A program made the position numbers and the translations under genes. From a virus: DNA of 64,000 nucleotides. Every line of letters starts with the position of its first letter. The stretch's first letter is position 1. Under the pieces are notes generated by a model. It made no database searches. It was not told the DNA's origin and saw only the letters and a program-made list of their open reading frames with translations. Below, piece after piece: positions 41,873 through 49,292 of the stretch. The stretch spans positions 32,001 through 96,000 of IMG/VR virus record IMGVR_UViG_3300020061_000004; one strand, given 5' to 3'.

Positions 41873-43945
41873 TTACCTGGATTGTTTATTATGCTTGAAG
41901 GTGAATGTACTCTGTACCTTTCCAAATCCTTGTCCTATCCTTACAAAGGGTGAAGCAAGCATTGGATCATGTACCTTCTTAGGCATTAGAGGATCAAAGG
42001 GTTGTTCAGCTATATTACTAACAGGATAGTATTTATCCAGATGCTTAGCAAATGCTAAAGCATGCCTGAAGGCCACTATACGGTCATAGTTACCATCCTT
42101 TGGATCATACTTGATAATCTCCATTAGAAGTACAGGGTCCAGAATTCGGGTTATACCAAGCTTGTAGATGGGTTCTCTTGTAACAGGATGTGTTCCTATC
42201 TGTATCTGTTCCTTACAATATTCTATCATTAAGGACATACAGTAGTTAATATTAGCTACTGTTGGTGATAAGCCATATACTTTACCACCTTGGTTAGCTC
42301 TAGTCTTAGGATTTATTTCTCTTGCAATATTAAATCCCTGTCCAAGCATATGTCCTTTATTCTTACGCTCAAAATACTGGATGAATGTACCTGCTGCATT
42401 TTCTGGAAAGCATGTAGCATTATAATAATCCATTAACATCTCAACATCTTCATGCCAAGAATCCATTCTCTCAGGACGAGATGCCAAAGATGCCACCACC
42501 ATATTCTGATAGGTTTCACCAGATACATCTGTCATTCTCTTATAGATGAAGAGTGTCCCTAGAGAGTCAGACCAATCTGATATATCATTATTATACGGGT
42601 CGGCTCCAGCTACATAAAGCCCCATAGGAGCATTTGTAATAGGTTCTTCCCATATTACTATAGGGCAATCTGTGCCTAAGTTTCCTTTTGTTGGAAACTC
42701 TGAGATTGGTAGATCAGTAGGATCAGCATTTTTCTGAATTACCCTACCATTAGAATCTCTATATAGACGTACATAACGTCCCTTAATTTGATTAGTTTGT
42801 AAGTATTCCAGATGCTGTCTAGCTGCTTCCAAAGGGAACGGATTACTACTACCTGATAGAAAGCATTCCTCTGGTGTCAGAGGATGATACATTACAGCCT
42901 TTAAATACTCTTGTTTATCTGGGTCTTTAGACTTGATGAGTCTTTCTTCTTCTATCTTTAAGCGAGCTTTCTCTTTATCTGATACCTTAATAGGAATTGT
43001 CTTAGCTTCTAATCCAATTCCTGTAAATCCTTTTGATAAGAGATAGTCATATAGATTGGAATCAGTCTTACAATCCATTCGGTAAAGACCAGACATGAAT
43101 AAGCCAGTCTTCTTTCCTGTCTCTTCATTTACTACTTCTTGGAAGTTATTAGCTGTGGGATGTTCAAATACACGTTTAGCATCATTACCTTTCTCAAAAC
43201 TACCACCAGTACCCACTAGGATTGGAACACAACGCCAGCCGTATGGTGATAGGAACGCTGGTTTATGTGCTTCAAATACTGGTGAAAATAGATATTTACC
43301 AATTTCATCATATACTGCTGCCTTTGCTGTTGTACCAGCCGCGGCTTCTGTATTTGTACCTTCTTCTGCATTACGAATCATTATATAACTCCACACATGG
43401 TCTTCATTATTCTTGTCTTTAAAACCAAGACGTAATGTTGGCTTCCTCCAGTCTTTATCTAGTTTAGGGATAGCCAATCCTTGCCACATATGTTTCCATC
43501 CAAAATCAATCTTCTCTGTAAGAAGCTTCATGTCTGCTCCATTACCCGCTACAAGTACACTCTGTGAATTCTCATATAATATAGCTGTCATACCAATATG
43601 AGAAGCTTCCCATTCTGATTTACCTCCCTGACGTAATCCCACTTCTATATATCCCTTCTGAGCTACACGAGCTTTCTCAAAATACTCAGCACGTTCCCAT
43701 TCATTATCTCTAAGATCAGGTAGGGATGGTGTACGTACAATGTTTCCCCACTTATCCTTCTTATCCACAATAATATGCCAGTGATTCAAATGCCCATATA
43801 AAATTCCAGGAATATGAACACCACCAATAGTAATACCCCCCATGCACTTTTCAATTTCCCACTCTACAAGAGAAGTGAAATCATCAGTACCGGGAGGTGG
43901 CAAAGTTTTTATATTTCTAAAAAACTCAGTTGTTTTAATCTGCAT
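41873..43945 (-). CDS. terL: Terminase large subunit
   Basis: Walker A-like RQGGKS, Walker B VYDEIG, VGTGG coupling motif, nuclease AGADPY and NYDR. Confidence 0.92.
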   Translation of the reverse strand: MQIKTTEFFRNIKTLPPPGTDDFTSLVEWEIEKCMGGITIGGVHIPGILYGHLNHWHIIVDKKDKWGNIVRTPSLPDLRDNEWERAEYFEKARVAQKGYIEVGLRQGGKSEWEASHIGMTAILYENSQSVLVAGNGADMKLLTEKIDFGWKHMWQGLAIPKLDKDWRKPTLRLGFKDKNNEDHVWSYIMIRNAEEGTNTEAAAGTTAKAAVYDEIGKYLFSPVFEAHKPAFLSPYGWRCVPILVGTGGSFEKGNDAKRVFEHPTANNFQEVVNEETGKKTGLFMSGLYRMDCKTDSNLYDYLLSKGFTGIGLEAKTIPIKVSDKEKARLKIEEERLIKSKDPDKQEYLKAVMYHPLTPEECFLSGSSNPFPLEAARQHLEYLQTNQIKGRYVRLYRDSNGRVIQKNADPTDLPISEFPTKGNLGTDCPIVIWEEPITNAPMGLYVAGADPYNNDISDWSDSLGTLFIYKRMTDVSGETYQNMVVASLASRPERMDSWHEDVEMLMDYYNATCFPENAAGTFIQYFERKNKGHMLGQGFNIAREINPKTRANQGGKVYGLSPTVANINYCMSLMIEYCKEQIQIGTHPVTREPIYKLGITRILDPVLLMEIIKYDPKDGNYDRIVAFRHALAFAKHLDKYYPVSNIAEQPFDPLMPKKVHDPMLASPFVRIGQGFGKVQSTFTFKHNKQSR

Positions 43946-44258
43946 CTCTCTGCATTCTATGAGGAATATTAGTATTCCCTTTTGCTTCAGCCTTAGTTGC
44001 TTCTTTTTCTCTTAATTTATCTATCACTTCCAAAAGAAGAAGATAGTTCTTCATGGTATCTTGTACAGATTTAATCTGTTGTTCAATAGAAGCCACTACT
44101 GTACGCATCATACCACCATTCTTCGTCTCCTTATAGTCCATCCTATCTGTTAGTTGATCTATAGGATTGATGTCAATGTAATTACGCCATTTCTTTAATT
44201 GCTCTTCAGCCCAATCTAAATCTGATGTTATGTAACTATTAACTTTCTTTGCTGCCAT
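43935..44258 (-). CDS. Small helical protein upstream of TerL (possible small terminase)
   Basis: 107 aa, overlaps the TerL start; function inferred from position only. Confidence 0.45.
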   Translation of the reverse strand: MAAKKVNSYITSDLDWAEEQLKKWRNYIDINPIDQLTDRMDYKETKNGGMMRTVVASIEQQIKSVQDTMKNYLLLLEVIDKLREKEATKAEAKGNTNIPHRMQRDAD

Positions 44259-44724
44259 CTATTTGGTTTTGAGCACTAGGTTGGATTTGAACCAACGGTT
44301 GTACGGTTTTGCAGACCGGTGCCTTGGACCCCTCAGCCACTAGTGCAGGTTTCTGTGCGAAATCTAAATACTTTGATATTAAAATCTTATTCTTAAGAAC
44401 GTAATCAAATATCTTCTCCACTATATATCCTGTTATATATGCTCTTGTCTCACCTAGTTTCTCTACTTCAGTCTTCTCGATGATGTAGTCTACAATGTGG
44501 GACACTTCATGTACAATGCAGTTGGGAGTGAGTCCATGTAACTGATAGAAGATGAAGTATTTATGATCAGGTGTATCTAGTGATAAACCATAATAGCCTC
44601 CTTCTGCAAGAGGCTCCATACCATACTTCTTAAGATATCTTGGTACTATCTTTTCAATCTCTTCATCTATAATAATAGTGAGGTTGAACTCAAAGATAGG
44701 TATCTTTATAGTTGTCTTATACAT
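44239..44724 (-). CDS. HExxH (zincin-like) protein whose 3' end contains tRNA-Cys
   Basis: IVHEVSHIVD...ETRAY motif; frame stays open through the tRNA. Confidence 0.65.
   Translation of the reverse strand: MYKTTIKIPIFEFNLTIIIDEEIEKIVPRYLKKYGMEPLAEGGYYGLSLDTPDHKYFIFYQLHGLTPNCIVHEVSHIVDYIIEKTEVEKLGETRAYITGYIVEKIFDYVLKNKILISKYLDFAQKPALVAEGSKAPVCKTVQPLVQIQPSAQNQIDGSKES
44272..44346 (-). tRNA. trnC: tRNA-Cys (GCA)
   Basis: GCACTAG/CTAGTGC acceptor, loop CTGCAAA, T arm GTTGG TTCAAAT CCAAC, U73. Confidence 0.9.
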
Positions 44725-44734
44725 AGAAGATATT

Positions 44735-44809
44735 TGGAAGCGGGAGCGGGATTTGAACCCGCGACCTTTGAGTTATGAGCCCAACGAGCTACCTCTGCTC
44801 TACCCCGCT
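44735..44809 (-). tRNA. trnM: tRNA-Met (CAT)
   Basis: AGCGGGG/TCCCGCT acceptor, loop CTCATAA, encoded CCA. Confidence 0.9.
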
Positions 44810-44815
44810 ATATTA

Positions 44816-45043
44816 TTAATCTTCTATTTGTGTTGCCTTATCAGCTAGATCAGTCTCAAGTTCATCACGATAGTTTTCAAACTTCTTGAGAAGTTCTTCA
44901 TCACTCCAGTTATAATTACCTGTTTGGGGGCGCATCACATGCACAATATGCTGTGAGATACTATACTGGGGAAACAACTCTACTATCTCTACGAAATGAT
45001 GAAAAATCTGTTGCTTGATCTGAGTTTTTTGTTTATTGCTCAT
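44816..45043 (-). CDS. Hypothetical protein
   Basis: 75 aa, overlapping neighbour in the operon. Confidence 0.6.
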   Translation of the reverse strand: MSNKQKTQIKQQIFHHFVEIVELFPQYSISQHIVHVMRPQTGNYNWSDEELLKKFENYRDELETDLADKATQIED

Positions 45044-45461
45044 TGGTTTTTGTTTTGTATGCTGTCCATTTAAGTTCCATATTGATGTTGTTATTCTGAT
45101 TAAAGGCTAACAACTCTTTATCCTTGCAAGTACAATTTGATAAGTTATCAAAATTGCAACAATCAATTCCACAATTTGCTTCTAGTGAAGCTGTCTTTCT
45201 AGTGATTGTACATCCACACATAATACAATGTTCATCAAATCTATCTGTCTTATATCCAGTAGATACTGCATTTGAACTATTGAATGGACACGTTGCACAT
45301 ATAAATCTTCTTCTTGCTATTTCTGCTTGTTCATCTTCAGGAAGGATATCATATTGCAATTTCACTTGATTCACTATCCCCTCCACTATCAAGTCTGCAT
45401 TCTGTACTACTGTCGGCAGTAGTTTTACATATTCTATTAGTCCTTTTAGCATAAGCTTCAT
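45033..45461 (-). CDS. Cys-rich putative Zn-binding protein
   Basis: RRFICATCPF...HCIMCGC...NCGIDCC. Confidence 0.65.
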   Translation of the reverse strand: MKLMLKGLIEYVKLLPTVVQNADLIVEGIVNQVKLQYDILPEDEQAEIARRRFICATCPFNSSNAVSTGYKTDRFDEHCIMCGCTITRKTASLEANCGIDCCNFDNLSNCTCKDKELLAFNQNNNINMELKWTAYKTKTNEQ

Positions 45462-45792
45462 AATACTGTGTTGCTAATGTATTCCTCTGTATTAAGGCTT
45501 TTCTAAGTTTGCCATAGTTTACTTCGAGGAGCAGGTCTTTTGTTGATTCTTTATACCTGATAGACTTCTTTATATTCCTAATCTTATTAATTGTGGACTT
45601 TATAAAGTAGTCTATCTTACGTTTACTTGTTGTTATTGTTCCTAAGTACTTGATACTCACCGATGTAGACTCAAGGCCACTTAGTTTTTTCCTTACTTCT
45701 TTCCAATAAAAATCATTCACACTATCAACAATCTTCTCTTCTATTCCCATCTCACGGGATACTATCTTGCTGATTACTTGAATAGTTTTCAT
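45349..45792 (-). CDS. IHF/HU-like DNA-binding protein
   Basis: 147 aa. ISKIVSREMGI..VSIKYLGTI HU-like pattern. Confidence 0.6.
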   Translation of the reverse strand: MKTIQVISKIVSREMGIEEKIVDSVNDFYWKEVRKKLSGLESTSVSIKYLGTITTSKRKIDYFIKSTINKIRNIKKSIRYKESTKDLLLEVNYGKLRKALIQRNTLATQYYEAYAKRTNRICKTTADSSTECRLDSGGDSESSEIAI

Positions 45793-46133
45793 TAGCTATT
45801 ATCTATTTTAATCAGTACACCAATCACAGGATTAACAGGAAAGTCTAAGTCTGCATTAAGTGTGTAGTCTTTAGAATCTACAGGACGCACTAACATTCCA
45901 AACTTCTTAAGTTTACTCATTGTATTCTTCAGACTATCCTCTGTTTTGAGAATATTTGAAGAAAGAATAAGGTCTTTAGTTTTTCTATTAATCCTATATA
46001 CCATGAAATAAGCAAGGACTGTGAGTTCAGTATCAGAAAGTCGTATATTCTTGAGTAAACAAAAGATACCAATTACTTTCTTTGCCTGTTCCACCTTGCT
46101 ATTGGTTTTAAGTTTGATTTTTACAAGCTGCAT
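45792..46133 (-). CDS. Winged-HTH (RepL-like) protein
   Basis: LSDTELTVL...LKNTMSKLKKFGML; start moved to MQLVK (46133), downstream of the promoter. Confidence 0.5.
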   Translation of the reverse strand: MQLVKIKLKTNSKVEQAKKVIGIFCLLKNIRLSDTELTVLAYFMVYRINRKTKDLILSSNILKTEDSLKNTMSKLKKFGMLVRPVDSKDYTLNADLDFPVNPVIGVLIKIDNS

Positions 46134-46149
46134 TTCCTTAATTTCTACA

Positions 46150-46181
46150 CAAAGATAAGTAATTGATTTCAATTAACCAAA
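46150..46181 (-). promoter_or_regulatory. Bacteroidota-type promoter (HTH-IHF-terminase operon)
   Basis: TTTG-N20-TATCTTTG. Confidence 0.8.
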
Positions 46182-46190
46182 TCTTTTTCA

Positions 46191-46676
46191 CTAATTATGA
46201 TTATTTGCTGTAATTAAGTCTCTATATCTCTCATTTACAATCTTAGCCTGAGCTGATGAAGGTATTCTTCCTGATTCTAATAGGGAAAGGATACTTCTGA
46301 AGTAAGGAGCAGGGGATATTTGTAATATCTTCTTACAACGCTTCTTATATTCCTCTATAACTCCTTGTATTCTAGTGGTATCCTTTGATTTATTCTTCTT
46401 TACTCTTCTGGTTGATGAAGGTTTCTTCATGAAAGAAGCTATTGTTCTTTTCTCATGTGCTTTTGAATGACAATCTGCACAAAGAGTAACTAAAGCTTTC
46501 AAAGGATATTCCCAAGGACTCTTATCTTTGATGTAATAGAGATGATGAACATGCAACATACAATTTGTAGCCTTACAATTCCTGCATGTATACTTATCAC
46601 GGTTTAAAACCTGAACCCTAACTACATCAACCCAGCGTGTATCAAGTAATAATATTTTATATTCTTCTTTTGTCAT
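46191..46676 (-). CDS. HNH endonuclease
   Basis: RDKYTCRNC..LHVHH..LVTLCADCH; start moved to MTKEEY because the ORF-track start is at the terminator. Confidence 0.85.
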   Translation of the reverse strand: MTKEEYKILLLDTRWVDVVRVQVLNRDKYTCRNCKATNCMLHVHHLYYIKDKSPWEYPLKALVTLCADCHSKAHEKRTIASFMKKPSSTRRVKKNKSKDTTRIQGVIEEYKKRCKKILQISPAPYFRSILSLLESGRIPSSAQAKIVNERYRDLITANNHN

Positions 46677-46758
46677 AATATTCTCTGTTGAGTATGCAAT
46701 ACTACGGAAAATTATTGACATTATGCCACTTTTTTCAATATTTATTTTTATATAATAT

Positions 46759-46783
46759 AAAAACCCCTCACTTGGAGGGGCTT
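46759..46783 (-). terminator. Intrinsic terminator
   Basis: AAGCCCCTC CAAGT GAGGGGTTTTT. Confidence 0.8.
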
Positions 46784-46804
46784 GCAACAAAAGAAGGTAG
46801 CAGA

Positions 46805-46951
46805 TTAGACTTTTTTAGCATCTGCTTCGACAGTAGAAGCTACTTCTTCAACCTTTTCAATAATCGGCTCGATCTTTTCCTTGTTATTACGGTAAATTAA
46901 TATACCTGCAATGAACAAACCAAGAGATACAATAGCAACGAGTGGAACCAT
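46805..46951 (-). CDS. Small single-TM membrane protein (48 aa, not in ORF track)
   Basis: MVPLVAIVSLGLFIAGILIYRNNKEKIEPIIEKVEEVASTVEADAKKV; own promoter and terminator. Confidence 0.75.
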   Translation of the reverse strand: MVPLVAIVSLGLFIAGILIYRNNKEKIEPIIEKVEEVASTVEADAKKV

Positions 46952-46969
46952 ATGTTTCAAATTTAGATA

Positions 46970-47001
46970 CAAAGATAATAACTTCTTAGGAAATTACCAA
47001 A
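46970..47001 (-). promoter_or_regulatory. Bacteroidota-type promoter
   Basis: TTTG-N20-TATCTTTG upstream of the 48-aa membrane ORF. Confidence 0.8.
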
Positions 47002-47075
47002 TGGCACGGGAGGCTTGATTCGAACAAACATCAAAGGTTTTGGAGACCTCTATTCTACCATTGAACTACTCCCGT
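47002..47075 (-). tRNA. trnW: tRNA-Trp (CCA)
   Basis: ACGGGAG/CTCCCGT, loop CTCCAAA, encoded CCA. Confidence 0.9.
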
Positions 47076-47076
47076 A

Positions 47077-47151
47077 TGGGGTGAAAGGACGGTAATGATC
47101 CGTCTTCTATGCCTTCACAGGGCACCGCATCACCTTAATGCTTCAGACACC
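47077..47151 (-). tRNA. trnH: tRNA-His (GTG), atypical acceptor stem
   Basis: GTGCC CTGTGAA GGCAT arm, G-1:C73, CCA; three pyrimidine mismatches in the acceptor stem. Confidence 0.75.
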
Positions 47152-47161
47152 ATGTATTATG

Positions 47162-47232
47162 TACCCGATCATGGGAACGATCCACATTCTCCTGCTTCAA
47201 AGGCAGGCATAATACCTTTATACTACTCGGGT
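47162..47232 (-). tRNA. trnQ: tRNA-Gln (TTG)
   Basis: CCTGC CTTTGAA GCAGG arm; ACCCGA/TCGGGT acceptor. Confidence 0.8.
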
Positions 47233-47237
47233 ATAAG

Positions 47238-47308
47238 TTGGGGAAGATTGAATCGAACAACCACCAAAGGTGTCAGAGACCTTTGTACTACCATTATACG
47301 ATTCCCCA
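47238..47308 (-). tRNA. trnQ: tRNA-Gln (CTG)
   Basis: TGGGGAA/TTCCCCA; loop CTCTGAC. Confidence 0.88.
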
Positions 47309-47354
47309 AAATGAAGGTTCCTTACTCAATGAAGTATGCCTACAACCCAAAATG

Positions 47355-47427
47355 TGGTACAGGTTAGTTATGATCTAACTCCTCGGGATTTTCAGTCCCG
47401 CGCTTCTACCAAGTTAGCTTCTGTACC
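47355..47427 (-). tRNA. trnF: tRNA-Phe (GAA)
   Basis: GGTACAG/CTGTACC; CGGGA CTGAAAA TCCCG. Confidence 0.88.
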
Positions 47428-47432
47428 ATAAG

Positions 47433-47506
47433 AGCCCTAGCCGGAACTCGAAGCCGGTCTGTTCCGCATTACAAGTGCGGCGCTGCACCATATCAGCATC
47501 TCGGGC
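47433..47506 (-). tRNA. trnT: tRNA-Thr (TGT)
   Basis: CCGCA CTTGTAA TGCGG; GCCC/GGGC acceptor. Confidence 0.85.
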
Positions 47507-47555
47507 AGTTGACATTTGATTTTCACATAAAACAAAGTTTCCAAACAAAACATCG

Positions 47556-47656
47556 CTAATGGGGTACGATTCGAACGTACATGCAGAGGTTATTAATTCC
47601 CTATATCTGCACCACCGAGAAAAGGAGGCGAGTCTGCCAAGTTCCAACACCCATTA
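47556..47656 (-). ncRNA. 101-nt tRNA-like RNA with very long variable arm, isotype undetermined
   Basis: TAATGGG/CCCATTA acceptor, GTACG TTCGAAT CGTAC T arm, TGCAGA...TCTGCA long arm, non-canonical loop TTTTCTC. Confidence 0.7.
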
Positions 47657-47661
47657 ATCTG

Positions 47662-47733
47662 CGGGGAAGGTATGGATCGAACATACGACCTGAGAGTTAA
47701 CAGCTCCCTGCTCTACCGCTGAGCTACTTCCCC
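47662..47733 (-). tRNA. trnN: tRNA-Asn (GTT)
   Basis: GGGGAAG/CTTCCCC; loop CTGTTAA. Confidence 0.92.
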
Positions 47734-47790
47734 AAAATAGGGTGTAAGGGTTCTTCCTTACACAGGGTGCGCTTACCCCACTTCCTATTG

Positions 47791-47866
47791 CCGGCAATAC
47801 GGGATTTGAACCCGTGGTCTTCCCGTAGACAGCGGGACAGGGACAACCAGACTCCCCTAAATGCCG
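47791..47866 (-). tRNA. trnD: tRNA-Asp (GTC)
   Basis: TCCCG CTGTCTA CGGGA; G73. Confidence 0.85.
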
Positions 47867-47874
47867 AATAAAAG

Positions 47875-47945
47875 TCTAGCTTGTCTGAATCGAACAGCTC
47901 TTCATGCTTCCAAGGCACGGGTGCTACCATCACACCCCAAACTAG
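47875..47945 (-). tRNA. trnP: tRNA-Pro (TGG)
   Basis: CTAGTTT/AAGCTAG; loop CTTGGAA. Confidence 0.85.
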
Positions 47946-47977
47946 AAATAAAAAACCCTCCTTTAAGGGGAGGGCTT
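47946..47977 (-). terminator. Attenuator terminator in front of tRNA block 1
   Basis: AAGCCCTCC CCTTAAA GGAGGG TTTTTTATTT, between the promoter and the first tRNA. Confidence 0.85.
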
Positions 47978-48001
47978 GTATGAACACGCTTGAAAATTTA
48001 G

Positions 48002-48082
48002 TTATCGTGATATAATATAGCCTCTCCCAACGATTGTATCGGGTTGAAAATTAAAGGTATTATTATGCCAATTCTGAATCAT
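48002..48082 (-). CDS. Leader peptide 1 (26 aa) MIQNWHNNTFNFQPDTIVGRGYIISR
   Basis: ATG 4 nt after the -7 box; residues 3-16 are all amino acids of the downstream tRNAs. Confidence 0.85.
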   Translation of the reverse strand: MIQNWHNNTFNFQPDTIVGRGYIISR

Positions 48083-48086
48083 ACAG

Positions 48087-48118
48087 CAAAGATAAGAAGA
48101 ATATTTGATATTACCAAA
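48087..48118 (-). promoter_or_regulatory. Bacteroidota-type promoter of tRNA operon 1
   Basis: TTTG-N20-TATCTTTG. Confidence 0.85.
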
Positions 48119-48137
48119 TTTCTTATAAAAATAAATG

Positions 48138-48220
48138 TGGGAGCTGATGGAGTTGAACCACCCGAGTCCTAAGACAGCAGATTTACAGTCTGCCCCGCTA
48201 CCCCTACGGTATAAACTCCC
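48138..48220 (-). tRNA. trnY: tRNA-Tyr (GTA)
   Basis: GCAGA CTGTAAA TCTGC; long variable arm. Confidence 0.92.
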
Positions 48221-48306
48221 AAATAGCTACCCTCGGTATTTCCGAGACCAGCTTACAATATAGGGTCACTCACTTAAGAGGCTCACTAGTTTCCTAGTTA
48301 CTTTAG

Positions 48307-48393
48307 AGGAAGGTGTGGGATTTGAACCCACGGAACTTTTACATCCTCCGGTTTTCAAGACCGGTGCAATCAGCCAGACTCTGCCAACCTTCC
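48307..48393 (-). tRNA. trnS: tRNA-Ser (TGA)
   Basis: GGAAGGT/ACCTTCC; loop CTTGAAA; long variable arm. Confidence 0.92.
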
Positions 48394-48467
48394 TAAAGCT
48401 CACCCCGTAGGTGAGCAGCGCAATTAAGGCTTTGCGATGCCATTACAGCCACCCTTTGGGCAGTGTG

Positions 48468-48552
48468 AGGAGAGTAGAAGATTCGAACTTCTGGGGCTTT
48501 AACACCCAACACTTTAGCAAAGTGTTACGATAAACCTCTCTGACAACTCTCC
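48468..48552 (-). tRNA. trnS: tRNA-Ser (GCT)
   Basis: GGAGAGT/ACTCTCC; loop TTGCTAA. Confidence 0.9.
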
Positions 48553-48557
48553 TTATG

Positions 48558-48637
48558 TATCCCTAACATGATTTGAACATGCACCCCGAAGGAGCAGATT
48601 TTAAGTCTGCCGCGTCTACCAGTTTCGCCATAGAGAT
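48558..48637 (-). tRNA. trnL: tRNA-Leu (TAA)
   Basis: GCAGA CTTAAAA TCTGC; TGGTAGAC D-loop. Confidence 0.9.
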
Positions 48638-48643
48638 AAGTTG

Positions 48644-48728
48644 TAGGTATAGTAAGAGTCGAACTTACACGCCCATTACAGGCATCAGTTTCTAAGACTG
48701 ACGTGTCTACCAATTCCACCATATACCC
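48644..48728 (-). tRNA. trnL: tRNA-Leu (TAG)
   Basis: TCAGT CTTAGAA ACTGA; long variable arm. Confidence 0.92.
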
Positions 48729-48730
48729 AT

Positions 48731-48766
48731 AAAATAAAAACCCCCGCTATCCGAATTAGCAGGGGA
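48731..48766 (-). terminator. Attenuator terminator in front of tRNA block 2
   Basis: CCCCTGCTA ATTCGGA TAGCGGGGG TTTTTATTTT. Confidence 0.85.
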
Positions 48767-48808
48767 GTGACGATATTGTCTTTTACGAACGCTTCTTTAT
48801 CACATACT

Positions 48809-48871
48809 TTACCCCTTACTATCGAGTGATAGATAACTTAAGGAGAGCAAATATGAGTTTAAATTCTTCAT
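48809..48871 (-). CDS. Leader peptide 2 (20 aa) MKNLNSYLLSLSYLSLDSKG
   Basis: AATTAAA-ATG start; Leu/Ser/Tyr run matches the downstream Leu, Leu, Ser, Ser, Tyr tRNAs. An in-frame upstream ATG also exists at 48937. Confidence 0.85.
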   Translation of the reverse strand: MKNLNSYLLSLSYLSLDSKG

Positions 48872-48945
48872 TTTAATTAGGGGTCTCAGGAAAGATATAG
48901 AAACAATCGTGTGTACAATAAATCTATATCTATCCATCAACACAA

Positions 48946-48977
48946 CAAAGGTAATACAAATAATTGATATTACCAAA
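48946..48977 (-). promoter_or_regulatory. Bacteroidota-type promoter of tRNA operon 2
   Basis: TTTG-N20-TACCTTTG. Confidence 0.85.
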
Positions 48978-48985
48978 TTTAAGTG

Positions 48986-49058
48986 TAGTAATGATGGGAG
49001 TTGAACCCACTACCCCGGAGGTATCAGCTCCGTACTCTAACCGTTGAGCTACACTACT
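48986..49058 (-). tRNA. trnI: tRNA-Ile (GAT)
   Basis: CGGAG CTGATAC CTCCG. Confidence 0.9.
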
Positions 49059-49060
49059 AG

Positions 49061-49132
49061 TGGACTGAGATGGAATTGAACCATCGACTTGCACATTATG
49101 AGTGTGCTGCTCTACCCCTGAGCTATCAGTCC
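49061..49132 (-). tRNA. tRNA with CAT anticodon, probably Ile2 (lysidine) type
   Basis: GGACTGA/TCAGTCC, A73, loop CTCATAA; leader 3 contains ATA and no internal ATG. Confidence 0.85.
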
Positions 49133-49139
49133 ATAAAAG

Positions 49140-49211
49140 TACTCTGTGACGGTTACGATCCGTCTTCCACGCTTTGAAGGAGCGTTATCCTAGCCACTAG
49201 ACGAACAGAGC
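49140..49211 (-). tRNA. trnE: tRNA-Glu (TTC)
   Basis: GCTCTGTTCGTCTAG Glu-like body; ACGCT CCTTCAA AGCGT (C33). Confidence 0.85.
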
Positions 49212-49218
49212 ATATATG

Positions 49219-49290
49219 AGCACCAGTGGGTAATCGAAACCCAATCCGCGCATTGGAAGTGCGCTATAATAGCCGTTATACGACTGATGC
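49219..49290 (-). tRNA. trnG: tRNA-Gly (TCC)
   Basis: GCGCA CTTCCAA TGCGC; U73. Confidence 0.88.
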
Positions 49291-49292
49291 AT

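Noticed and set aside
41873-43945. Introns or inteins in terminase or capsid genes
   Set aside because: The ORFs are uninterrupted and of ordinary size, and no intein motifs were seen.
563-45369. Many short antisense or alternate-frame ORFs inside large genes
   Set aside because: They are nested in long, motif-bearing CDSs and have no independent signals.
46759-47001. A fourth attenuator (promoter-ORF-terminator)
   Set aside because: The ORF is a TM protein, no antiterminator complement was seen, and no tRNA follows.
47095-48722. ORF-track entries 47095-47367, 47414-47650, 47724-47987 and 48525-48722
   Set aside because: They overlap tRNA genes and terminators and are shadow frames.
49140-49211. 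Reading the loop as TCA (opal suppressor or Sec tRNA)
   Set aside because: The 5-bp stem ACGCT/AGCGT centres TTC in a 7-nt loop, and the body is Glu-like.
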